A DNA stretch of 21,070 nucleotides from Fibrobacterales bacterium (GCA_051532035.1 JAOPTW010000023.1:1-21070); one strand, 5' to 3'; shown: positions 1-8,241, numbered from the stretch's first letter. Notes: a model not told the origin generated them from the letters alone. Translations and numbers: made by a program.

Positions 1-72
1 ACACAAAAAAACTGACACCCTCAAAGAAGCAGTCAAAAGAATAAAGAGGCAGTTTAAGAAACCACTATTTTT

Positions 73-455
73 CCGACGGAGCATACAATTTTTCCGACGG
101 AAGGCAATATCCATCCGACGGAGCGTTCTTTTGAGTCGATGGAGACCATTATGAGTCCGACGGAGACCTCTACCAGACCGACGGAGCATACTATTTAACC
201 GACGGAGCATACTATTTCATCGTGCGGAGTATCTATTCATGCGGGGGGATGGTACTTTTGTCCGACGGAGTCCTTTTTTTTATTGGCGGAGCCTGTTGGT
301 ATACCGACGGAGCGTATTGGTTATGCGGGGGAGCATATTTTTACTCGTGAAACAGGCATTGCTGCGCGGGGGAGCTATATTTTATGCGGGGGAAGTGTAT
401 AATGTGATAGGGATCACACTTTTTATGCGGGGAGATAGTCTATCGAGCGACGGAT
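73..455. repeat. Degenerate tandem array with 21-bp period: 9-bp core (CCGACGGAG / GCGGGGGAG) plus variable ~12-bp spacers
   Basis: Cores start at 73, 94, 115, 136, 157, 178, 199, (220), 241, 262, 283, 304 and 325, all +21. They then drift (366, 386, 427, 447). Intervening 12-mers mostly differ. Confidence 0.9.
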
Positions 456-742
456 CAATGTCTAAAGGCCTTCGGGGGTAGTGGTTCAAAATGCGTTGCT
501 AAACTGTTCAAGTGAAATTATTAGAAAACCTAAAATAATGTAAGCGTTATAAAACTTCTACAATAGCTATACGTTACCTTTTCTTTACAAGACATTCCGT
601 TTTGGTTGAAATACTTTTGCCCTTGTAAACGATATTGTTTTCTAAAAAACATTTCTAATACTACTTACTGACGTTTACACTTTCACTTTCTGCACTACGT
701 TCAAGGCAGAAAAGTATTAACCAATTAACAGAGGATTACTCT

Positions 743-1705
743 ATGAAAAACGAACAATTACCAACTGAATCACCAATTGAATTGACTACAGAATCTTTAG
801 CAACTGATCCATCATCAACTGAATCTATCTCACCCGCTCAATCTATAGTAGCCAGCAATGTGGAGGATGCATCTGAAATAGATGAAGATAACACAATAAA
901 GCCTGCTATGAAATATTTGTTTGAAGAATGGTTCAATGAGTTAAAGGCAGAGATAACCCGTGTACCTGAAGATGAAATGCTTGATTTACGTATGCCACCT
1001 GATAGATTTCTCAAAGAATCAGATGCAATGATTTCAAATATTAAGCACTTTAGCAAAGAGCTCACTGCAAGTGGCTATGATGCAACAATTGTAGAAACCC
1101 TTGAAAAACGCACTGGGGCATCCCGAATGGCTCAAACCAGAATGGAGCTTTCTAAGCGTGAATTAGAGGATAGCCAGAAACGCTGGGTGACTATTACGCC
1201 AGTTGTATTTGAGCTGAGAGATTCAATGTATCACGACTTTAAATTTGCGTGTAGAAAGAATAAAGCGGTTCTTGATATTCTTAAGGATTTGGGAAAAGGA
1301 CGCTCTATTGCTGATATGATTCAGGACTTGCATACTCTTGGTCACCTTGGTGATAGTATTATCAAGGAACTCGAAGCAATCAACTATGATTTCTCAAAAC
1401 TTGAAACAGCAAAAGCTTATACTATGGAACTGGGCCAACTGCAACAAGAAGTGTCACTGAAAGGTTCTATAAATAAAACAGATAGAACAATGCGTGACAA
1501 AGCCTTTACATTGGTTGATGTCATTGTGATGGATACACGAGAAAGAGCACGTTGGATCTTTAGAGATGATAAGCAAATACTGAATAAGTTCTTGAGCCCA
1601 TACAACCGTTCTAAATATAGTCGTACGCGTCGTTTGAATGAAGAAGCAAGGGCTGAAGAATCTATAGACTCAGCATCTGACGAATCTTCTTCAGAGGCAG
1701 TATAA
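743..1705 (+). CDS. Uncharacterised, predicted all-alpha-helical protein with acidic low-complexity termini
   Basis: 320-aa ORF with GAGGA RBS at 732-736. The core (MPPD...GRSIADMIQDLHTLG...) resembles an uncharacterised family I recall from Bacteroidota and other phyla (not verified). No catalytic motif recognised. Confidence 0.85.
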   Translation: MKNEQLPTESPIELTTESLATDPSSTESISPAQSIVASNVEDASEIDEDNTIKPAMKYLFEEWFNELKAEITRVPEDEMLDLRMPPDRFLKESDAMISNIKHFSKELTASGYDATIVETLEKRTGASRMAQTRMELSKRELEDSQKRWVTITPVVFELRDSMYHDFKFACRKNKAVLDILKDLGKGRSIADMIQDLHTLGHLGDSIIKELEAINYDFSKLETAKAYTMELGQLQQEVSLKGSINKTDRTMRDKAFTLVDVIVMDTRERARWIFRDDKQILNKFLSPYNRSKYSRTRRLNEEARAEESIDSASDESSSEAV

Positions 1706-1707
1706 TA

Positions 1708-1766
1708 GCAACAATAGATAGTGGTATGGCTCTATACTTATTGCCTGTACCACTGTTGTTGTGCTT
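1708..1766 (+). terminator. Long imperfect stem-loop directly after the 743..1705 stop
   Basis: AGCAACAA..TAGTGGTA pairs with TACCACTG..TTGTTGTGCT. No strong U-tract. Confidence 0.45.
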
Positions 1767-1779
1767 ATGATGAGAGATT

Positions 1780-2061
1780 ATGAACATATCAATTCCAAAC
1801 AATTTCGACTTCTTGACCGTGATTCAGTGCCCATTAGACAAGCTGCAATCCATGGAACAATCAGGACTTTTTCAAAAGAACCTAGCGCTTTCGGACAGCG
1901 TGTGGCTCACCAAATGTAGCAACCGTAACTTTGGTAAAATCAAAGAACTCTGCAAGAATGAGGATGAATTCTCTATTCTCAAAGTACGGTACACCCATGG
2001 CAGTGAGTTTTTCTCAGCCAATACCATAGTTGAAGCGACAGGCCGGCGGGTACTACAATGA
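1780..2061 (+). CDS. Small hypothetical protein (93 aa)
   Basis: ATG start, GAGAG upstream, no overlap with other long ORFs. No motif recognised. Confidence 0.55.
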   Translation: MNISIPNNFDFLTVIQCPLDKLQSMEQSGLFQKNLALSDSVWLTKCSNRNFGKIKELCKNEDEFSILKVRYTHGSEFFSANTIVEATGRRVLQ

Positions 2062-2128
2062 TAAAAACGGCGATACGCGTCTCATATTTTATCTGATTTG
2101 AATTGCTTTATTTTTTTGTCAGAGTTCC

Positions 2129-2212
2129 CGGGGCCTTCAACCCCAGACCCCGACTTAAGAGTACGCCTAAGCGCGCACTCTTAAGAATCTCGCGCTTTTC
2201 CTAGCGGAAGGC
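2129..2212. repeat. REP/MITE-like palindromic intergenic element
   Basis: Three consecutive inverted repeats: CGGGG/CCCCG (2129-2152), CTTAAGAGT/ACTCTTAAG (2154-2185), TTTTCC/GGAAGG (~2194-2212). GC-rich within an AT-rich spacer. Confidence 0.55.
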
Positions 2213-2383
2213 CATAACACATAGCTACTCGGATATTGGACCGGAAAAAGTGGAATTTTTCCTTTGGCTGTGAAATGCTCAGTAGAGGTGATATTGGTTT
2301 AGGGGATCAACGCGGATGTGTTGTGTAAAGTGCTTCGCACTGTTGAAAAAAGAAAAACAAAGATTAACCGAGAGAGAAAATTA

Positions 2384-3358
2384 ATGTACAAAATACAAAT
2401 ACTACTACTAACCTTAATAACATCTTTAAGTGCACAATATCAAACCCTAGAGGAGACTCCATTTATAGGTTGGAGTACTCCGACGGGGAATGATTTTAAC
2501 GAAAACGTAGTTATGGAAGCGCGGCCAATACTTAAAATCCCCCTCATAGATCAACTGTCACCTATGATCTATCAAGACACTATCTACCATAGGGCATCAA
2601 TTGTTTTTGATCCACACATTCGGATGCTGTATAAAAACTCAATGCCGGTAACGATGCCCAGTTATAGAGCGTACGTATCTTACTCCCCTACCCGATATCT
2701 GAGTGGCATCAATGGTTTTATTACACCGATGATCGAACATGGGCATTATTCTAACGGTCAAGCAGGGTGTACTTTTGGTAACTCCGAAGATGCAGACTCA
2801 ACCTGTAGCACTCTCTACTCTGACTTAGAAACCCTCAGTTTAAGTGATCAACTCAATAGAAGAAGTGGTGAGTTCTCAACAAACTTTGTACGGGGTAGAT
2901 TAAAGCTCATGAAGGTGTTAGGTTATCATGAGGGTACTGGGATGGTAGAAGATGCTGTTGAGGTCACTCTTGAGTATACTCGATATATCAATAGGCTCTT
3001 TGGGTTTACCATTGCAGGGTTTAATGAACTTGATACGGAGTTCTACTCAATGAACAGGTATCTTGTTGAGCTCGCAGGGCATCATTATCTTATGATGTTT
3101 AATGAGATGACCCAGCTTCGTTATGGGGTTTCGGCTCAATACCTCCCCTCTCGGCACTCGGAAATTACTTCTTACAATATATCACTGTTTGGGAGTTTTA
3201 CGTATCCTTCTGGCCTTGGGGTGTTTGTGAAGGCCGAAAAAGGGCAAGACCTGTATAATGTGCGGATGGTTGATGATATCTTTCGTGTGCTTATTGGGGT
3301 ATCCCTGACTTTTAGTGCGAGTGAGCCGCCTTATCTTGAGATTACGGAGCGTTACTAA
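2384..3358 (+). CDS. Outer-membrane phospholipase A (OMPLA/PldA)-like beta-barrel protein
   Basis: The ATG at 2384 gives a signal peptide (MYKIQILLLTLITSLSA). HYSNG matches the OMPLA HxSNG catalytic motif. Alternating beta-strand pattern and a GQDLYN segment near the C-terminus. Confidence 0.65.
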   Translation: MYKIQILLLTLITSLSAQYQTLEETPFIGWSTPTGNDFNENVVMEARPILKIPLIDQLSPMIYQDTIYHRASIVFDPHIRMLYKNSMPVTMPSYRAYVSYSPTRYLSGINGFITPMIEHGHYSNGQAGCTFGNSEDADSTCSTLYSDLETLSLSDQLNRRSGEFSTNFVRGRLKLMKVLGYHEGTGMVEDAVEVTLEYTRYINRLFGFTIAGFNELDTEFYSMNRYLVELAGHHYLMMFNEMTQLRYGVSAQYLPSRHSEITSYNISLFGSFTYPSGLGVFVKAEKGQDLYNVRMVDDIFRVLIGVSLTFSASEPPYLEITERY

Positions 3359-4422
3359 TGAGCTATAGTGCACGCAGTTTCAAGCTCTATTTGGGGCCAG
3401 AGGAACAAGGTGGGCCCGATTCATTATTAGAGCCTATCATAAGTTTTATTGATGGCGCTCAACCGAGAGAGAACCTCTGTGTGGCTGTTCAGGAACTTGA
3501 CAATAGAGAGATTACCGAGGCGCTGGTTCGGGCACGCAGTCGAGGGGTTATTATTGATATCGTTCTTGAGCAGAGTTATCTGTTGGCCACTCGGAAACAA
3601 GTGTCCCCTTTTGAACCATCGGGAAGCCACGAAATAAACAGAGAACTCTTCAGTGCCTTGTGTCGGGCAGACATCGACGTGAAGGTTGACTTTAATAGTG
3701 CCATTTTTCACCAGAAGTTTATGATATGTGGCGATTCGGTTCTCACGGGATCAACTAATTTTACGGACACTGGGGTGACTAAAAACCTGAATCATGTGAT
3801 TGTTATACATAATAAAACTATTGCGAATCAATATCGTATAGAGTTCAATGAGATTCGTTCTGGAAGATTTGGCCGTGAAAGCATCATGAAAAGCGTAGCC
3901 CCAATTAACAGTACCGTAGACCGAATTCGAATAAGGGTACTCTTCTCCCCCGACCATACTCCTGAGCTTGAGATTATGAAGCAGATTCTTAAGGCACAGG
4001 AGCGTATTGATTTTGCGGTCTTTACCTTTGCGCAAAGTTCTGGCATTGATGATGCGCTGGTTGCAGCGCAGCAACGAGGTGTTCAGGTAACGGGTGTTCT
4101 GGATAGGCTTCAGGGTAATCAAAAATGGGCTGCTACTCATAACCTTGTAGAGGCGGGTATTGGTATCTCGCTTATTGGAAATAAGGGTGGGCTCGGGAAG
4201 CTTCATCACAAGCTAATGGTCATTGATGATGCGGTTACCATCTTTGGGTCGTTTAATTATACTGAGCCTGCTAACCGGACTAATGATGAGAATATTGTTA
4301 TTGTGGGTGATGTATTTGAGGATAATGTGGTTGCACTGGAGAGGCAGCGGGAGGTTGCTGTTGCGTGTCGTGAGGAGATTACTCGAATTGCAAATACAAT
4401 TCTCACCCTACGGGCAGACTAA
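3358..4422 (+). CDS. Phospholipase D superfamily protein with two HKD domains (Nuc-like)
   Basis: FHQKFMICGD...GSTNFT and LHHKLMVIDD...GSFNYT motifs. TAATG stop/start overlap with the upstream gene. Confidence 0.92.
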   Translation: MSYSARSFKLYLGPEEQGGPDSLLEPIISFIDGAQPRENLCVAVQELDNREITEALVRARSRGVIIDIVLEQSYLLATRKQVSPFEPSGSHEINRELFSALCRADIDVKVDFNSAIFHQKFMICGDSVLTGSTNFTDTGVTKNLNHVIVIHNKTIANQYRIEFNEIRSGRFGRESIMKSVAPINSTVDRIRIRVLFSPDHTPELEIMKQILKAQERIDFAVFTFAQSSGIDDALVAAQQRGVQVTGVLDRLQGNQKWAATHNLVEAGIGISLIGNKGGLGKLHHKLMVIDDAVTIFGSFNYTEPANRTNDENIVIVGDVFEDNVVALERQREVAVACREEITRIANTILTLRAD

Positions 4423-4538
4423 AGTCTGTGCTGAGTACTTGCGTACTCAGAGGAGCGGTTTAATAGATAGAGTTTTGTAAGAAGAGAGGGATTTTTTTGT
4501 CATAGTCAGCAATACCTTGCCCTCTCTGTCTTATCATT

Positions 4539-4571
4539 AAGCACTTGTCTTTCGGGATGGGTGCTTTTTTG
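4539..4571 (+). terminator. Intrinsic terminator downstream of PLD
   Basis: AAGCACTTGTCT-TTCG-GGATGGGTGCTT (G-U pairs on + strand) followed by a T-tract. A homologous copy lies at 16371-16401. Confidence 0.75.
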
Positions 4572-4804
4572 TGGATAGAGTAGTGTTTGTGTGTTTAGTA
4601 TGTACTTCTTGGTGATTTGCAGAGAAGGATGCAATGTTCGCCTTACTTTCACGTAATATATGGAGAAGTACGCAATGCCTACTTCTTGGTGTGGTGATGG
4701 GAAGTAGGCAATATTGCCTACTCATTTAGTTGTGCAATATAGCTGGCAGCATGGAAACATTTGTGATCAAAATTCAAAATGTCGATTGGGTTAGGTTAGT
4801 GAAA

Positions 4805-4938
4805 GAAAAATTCAAAATGTCATAGAGCATGAATCGATAAAAAATCAAAAAAAATATTTTCCGCCAATAATAAAGAAGAAGCCGGAAGGAAAAAATGCTC
4901 AGCCTCATTTTCCCTTCCGGCTTTGTTTTCCGCCCATT
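4805..4938 (+). repeat. Left arm of mirrored repeat blocks enclosing the 5312-7407 module
   Basis: GAAAAATTCAAAAT 4805-4818, CGATAAAAAATCAAAAA 4835-4851, ATTTTCCGCCAATAAT 4856-4871, TTTCCGCCCATT 4927-4938. All have reverse complements at 7498-7644 in mirrored order. Confidence 0.8.
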
Positions 4939-5261
4939 TTAAGGGTATTTTGACCAAATTGCTCGGCCTCAATTTAGTCAAAATGTCTAGATAGGCAGAG
5001 GTCGATTGAGTCATTGTATGAATTACTACACTGATTCATATAATTCAAGACCTAAGCTTATCCTGGATATACACTTTATACATATGATTTGAGAAATAAT
5101 GCGTAATAAACCTCCTAAAGTGATAATGTGTATATGTAGATATATGCATACATGCAGTAACTTATATATTGAAAACCCAAATAGATAAAGAAATAGCTAC
5201 ACTTATGTGCACTTAAAGTGTATGTAGATGTTGATTAAGGGCCTTGAATGGTGTTTTTTAC

Positions 5262-5305
5262 TTGACAAAAATGTAGTTTTTATATATATTATACACATAT
5301 AGGAG
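5262..5305 (+). promoter_or_regulatory. Sigma70-type promoter and RBS of the 3-gene module
   Basis: TTGACA (5262-5267), 17-bp spacer, TATATT (5285-5290), AGGAG (5301-5305). Confidence 0.7.
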
Positions 5306-5311
5306 ATGACT

Positions 5312-5866
5312 ATGATGACTGGCATGAGTATTGAAGATGTAATGGCGTTCTTAGAGGGGTTTTACGAAGATGGCGGTGTGCGCCCTGAAACAGTGAACGG
5401 CTGGAGATTGGCTGTACAAAAGGCTTATGGTGTTTTAACGCCTTCTGAAAGAGACAACATTAATAGTATTGACGTCGATGAGGTTATTCGTAGGTTAAGT
5501 GTCCAGAGTAATTATTCAGATTCCACACTAAATAATTATAAGAGCAGGCTTAAGAACTCATTAGATGTTTTTATACAATATTTAATTGCCGAATCTGACA
5601 ATCGCATAGAAACAAAGACAGTTAACAATCATAATCATTCTTTCAGTCGAAGTGGGAGAAATATATACAGAGAGAGTAGTGGAAGAGTGGTTGATACAGA
5701 CACTTTCCATAGAAAACGGAGGGCAACTAATACATTTGAAACATTTAATTTCCAAGTTCCACTTAGAGCAGGCTTAACAGTGGATTTTAATAATCTACCT
5801 ACTGACTTAACTAGAGAAGAAGCTGAAAGGATTTCAAATGTTTTATTTAATCTTATTCAACAATAA
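5312..5866 (+). CDS. Hypothetical protein: N-terminal integrase core-binding/SAM-like helical domain, disordered linker and small C-terminal domain; possibly DNA-binding
   Basis: ETVNGWRLAV...SDSTLNNYKSRLKNSL resembles core-binding domains of tyrosine recombinases, but there is no RHRY catalytic domain. C-terminal VPLRAGLTV..LPTDLTREEAERI block. ATG 5312 fits RBS spacing better than 5306. Confidence 0.75.
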   Translation: MMTGMSIEDVMAFLEGFYEDGGVRPETVNGWRLAVQKAYGVLTPSERDNINSIDVDEVIRRLSVQSNYSDSTLNNYKSRLKNSLDVFIQYLIAESDNRIETKTVNNHNHSFSRSGRNIYRESSGRVVDTDTFHRKRRATNTFETFNFQVPLRAGLTVDFNNLPTDLTREEAERISNVLFNLIQQ

Positions 5867-5933
5867 AAAAAGCAGCAGAATGCTGCTTCAAAAAAAACAG
5901 GAATGGTAAACCACTCATATTTCTAATGTGACA
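5864..5933 (-). ncRNA. Predicted antisense sRNA 1 (~70 nt)
   Basis: Minus-strand TTGCTT (5967-5962), N16, TATATT (5945-5940). Minus-strand terminator AAGCAGCA/TGCTGCTT (5870-5888) followed by a T-tract. Confidence 0.4.
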
Positions 5934-6012
5934 ATTTTAAATATAGTGATTCCTTTTGATAAAGCAATGATAATGTTTGTTTACCGCATGTCATAACATA
6001 AAAGGAGGCGCT

Positions 6013-6978
6013 ATGAAGCGTAACTTTAGAAAGATTCCGCAAAAACTAAAATTTAAAGCGGATAAGATACAAAACGATAGTATAGTTGTTAATTGTACTG
6101 TAATAATCAGCAGCCAGGATTTGATAAGTGGTAAATATGCACACTTAAAGATTCAGATAAACAATGATGAATTAGAATATCCTGAGATCATCACTCCCAA
6201 TATCAATGCTGGAAAACACAGCAAGTGGAACACACTTGGGAGAGAAGTCAAGCGTGATGATCTACCTATGGTTCCATATACAATTGAAATAGAATCACCA
6301 AATTTTGGTGACTATTCAAATGGTACCCATACTACAGAATGGAGTAAAGAAAAATATAGAGTTGACTTTATTCCTCCACGGCACAATACTATTAAAATTG
6401 AACTCCTGAAGAGTAAAAGTGATAAGCATCTTTTCATGTTTACAATTTCAGAGGTTATTGATAAATCTAGTAATGACTACGAAGATAGACTTTTTGACTG
6501 TATAAATGTTATGCAGGAAAATGTCTATAACTGTGGCGTCGAATCTGCGATTATCAGTGCTGATGATTATTTGAAAACATATAATGTTGCATGGGAAATA
6601 TTTCCTCCTGGCACAAAAGAAGAATTCATAACAAGGATACAGGCTAAATCTGGTCGAACTCTGACTCATGAAGAAAGTTGCATATTAGAAGATCGTTATG
6701 ATTTTTTTGCAACCTTAGGTGCAGGAGAACTTATCATAGGTAATAGTCATTTTCAAAGGTATATTGGTGCTAAAATACAAGACGACCTTGTTGTTTTCGA
6801 AAACATCCAACATGGTAATGCTCTATACATCATGTATGAAGACTGGCAGTTGCTATCTCAAAAAAGTAGAATAGATCTTCTTTCTGGGTCATGTGGTGAT
6901 AAATTTGATCGAGTTATTCACACAGGCGACTGGAAAGGTAAGGTAAAGAAGTTAATCAAATCTAGAGCGATAAACTGA
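6013..6978 (+). CDS. Conserved hypothetical cytoplasmic protein (321 aa)
   Basis: AGGAGG RBS at 6002-6007 before ATG 6013. Blocks SPNFGD, WEIFPPG and LVVFENIQHGNALYIMYEDWQLLSQKSRIDLL resemble a family I recall next to DUF2188 genes in mobile regions (not verified). Confidence 0.85.
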   Translation: MKRNFRKIPQKLKFKADKIQNDSIVVNCTVIISSQDLISGKYAHLKIQINNDELEYPEIITPNINAGKHSKWNTLGREVKRDDLPMVPYTIEIESPNFGDYSNGTHTTEWSKEKYRVDFIPPRHNTIKIELLKSKSDKHLFMFTISEVIDKSSNDYEDRLFDCINVMQENVYNCGVESAIISADDYLKTYNVAWEIFPPGTKEEFITRIQAKSGRTLTHEESCILEDRYDFFATLGAGELIIGNSHFQRYIGAKIQDDLVVFENIQHGNALYIMYEDWQLLSQKSRIDLLSGSCGDKFDRVIHTGDWKGKVKKLIKSRAIN

Positions 6979-7043
6979 TACACATATTCACAGTTTTTGA
7001 TTTGGATGTTTCAATATTTGTAAGGTATTGAGCTGGCTGAATT

Positions 7044-7123
7044 AAAAAAAGCTATCTAGGCAAATAGATAGCAATTCAATAAAATCGTGTTGTAGCGATT
7101 TAGTTAAACCGAAAATACGGCTT
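7044..7123 (-). ncRNA. Predicted antisense sRNA 2 (~80 nt)
   Basis: Minus-strand TTGTGA (7158-7153), N17, TATAAT (7135-7130). Internal hairpin 7082-7101. Terminator GCTATCTA/TAGATAGC (7051-7072) followed by T7. Confidence 0.5.
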
Positions 7124-7188
7124 GAGACAATTATATCAATATAGCCGTATTTTCACAATGCATTTTTTAATGCAAAGGAGAATATTAC

Positions 7189-7407
7189 ATGGCTAAAAAC
7201 CAGAATATTCATGTCGTGCCTCATCCCGAAGGGTGGGCTTCAAAAGGTGCTGGGAATTCTCGTGCATCTGCAGTGTGTGGAACCCAAGCAGAGGCTATCA
7301 ATTATGCGAAGGAACATGCAAAAGCAGAAGTTCTGATTCATGGACGTAATGGTCAGATACGTGAACGTAATAGTTACGGGAATGATCCATACCCACCTAA
7401 AGGGTAG
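7189..7407 (+). CDS. DUF2188 domain protein
   Basis: Characteristic sequence HVVPHPEGW..KGAGNSRAS...TQAEAI..A...EVLIHGRNGQIRERNSYGNDPYPPKG. AAGGAG RBS. Confidence 0.9.
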   Translation: MAKNQNIHVVPHPEGWASKGAGNSRASAVCGTQAEAINYAKEHAKAEVLIHGRNGQIRERNSYGNDPYPPKG

Positions 7408-7412
7408 AATAC

Positions 7413-7448
7413 AAATGGAATGGTCTTATTCGGTCCATTCCATTTTTT
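7413..7448 (+). terminator. Intrinsic terminator after DUF2188
   Basis: AAATGGAATGG...CCATTCCATTT followed by a T-tract. Confidence 0.7.
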
Positions 7449-7497
7449 ATAGATCTTGAAGTATGTGAATAACCCTATTCGGTTTGTTAAAAAATAG

Positions 7498-7644
7498 AAT
7501 GGGCGGAAAGCAGGAGATTCGGTCAGTTCTATTCGAGCCTGCCCAAAATTATGGGCGGAAAATTTGGTGACCACAGTGTTTTTGATTTTTTATCGGCAGG
7601 CATCTAGTGTTAATGCGCTGACGCGCAAGTATTTTGAATTTTTC
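7498..7644 (-). repeat. Right arm of the mirrored repeat blocks
   Basis: AATGGGCGGAAA 7498-7509, ATTATGGGCGGAAAAT 7548-7563, TTTTTGATTTTTTATCG 7579-7595, ATTTTGAATTTTTC 7631-7644. Confidence 0.8.
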
Positions 7645-7678
7645 AGGAGACTGTATCGCAGATGCTACCAGCAACATC

Positions 7679-7861
7679 GCACAACAGCCGTAGCACAAAA
7701 TTAACCGCTCCCTTAATTCGTGCAGTTCAGTCGGTCGCCAAAGGCTCCGCGTCTTCACTGCAACCCAAGCAGAGCTTGGGACTCATTGGGTCGCTTTTTG
7801 TCCATTCCCCTATAGATGGGAATGAACAAAAATTAACTTCGTACTCCGGCGCACGTTGAGG
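7679..7861 (+). mobile_element. attC-like recombination site, copy 1 (183 bp)
   Basis: Begins GCACAAC (R''-like) and ends GTTGAGG (R'-like), with self-complementary arms and internal hairpins. Homologous to 17737-17919. Confidence 0.6.
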
Positions 7862-7867
7862 TCAACC

Positions 7868-8177
7868 AAACCAACACCCAAATCACAGCCCACCAAACAT
7901 TTGTAGCCAATTAACTGGTCAATAAAAATAAGAATAGTACATTCTACCCATCTTCCGAGTTCACACCGAATAAGCCCTTATTCAGTGACATCTTACTCGA
8001 CCTCTCTCAACTTAGTGAGATTCCCCGGACTCGGAAGATTTTCTATTCACCATCCATATCCCAAAGCAGCCCTCCCCTATCCCAAGCCTGATAAAGTATG
8101 CTTTACAAGCGTAATAACCGAAATGGCGAATATCTCTAGCAAAAATGCCGGTTTCGGTCGTCCCATGTGTTCAGCCA
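7868..8177. repeat. Dispersed structured non-coding repeat, copy 1
   Basis: 7868-8100 aligns closely with 20742-20973, and 8088-8177 aligns loosely with 20653-20741. Contains ATCTTCCGAGT/ACTCGGAAGAT enclosing two hairpins. Confidence 0.85.
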
Positions 8178-8241
8178 CCAAAATAACGTTTATTAATTAT
8201 ATTGGTAGTACGTTTTTAAGCTAATTACACTGGAGATTAAT

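Noticed and set aside
2..154. Possible 3' end of an upstream gene (KKTDTLKEAVKRIKRQF)
   Set aside because: Looks like a terminal amphipathic helix but is too short to support a call.
73..455. CRISPR array
   Set aside because: The 9-bp repeats and ~12-bp spacers are far too short, and no cas genes are present in the window.
239..481. 80-aa ORF
   Set aside because: Read-through of the 21-bp array (recurrent RRS/MRG), with no RBS or protein-like composition.
4790..4796. GTTAGGT as the R' site opening a 4790-7861 cassette
   Set aside because: GTTRRRY is common by chance, and no matching upstream R''/stem was found.
5312..5866. Integrase mobilising the module
   Set aside because: Only core-binding-like similarity. 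No catalytic R-H-R-Y domain, and the protein is too short.
7374..8224. ORFs 7374..7574, 7549..7758, 7662..7859 and 7985..8224
   Set aside because: They overlap structured repeats, and the second copies of those repeats have no equivalent ORFs in the track.
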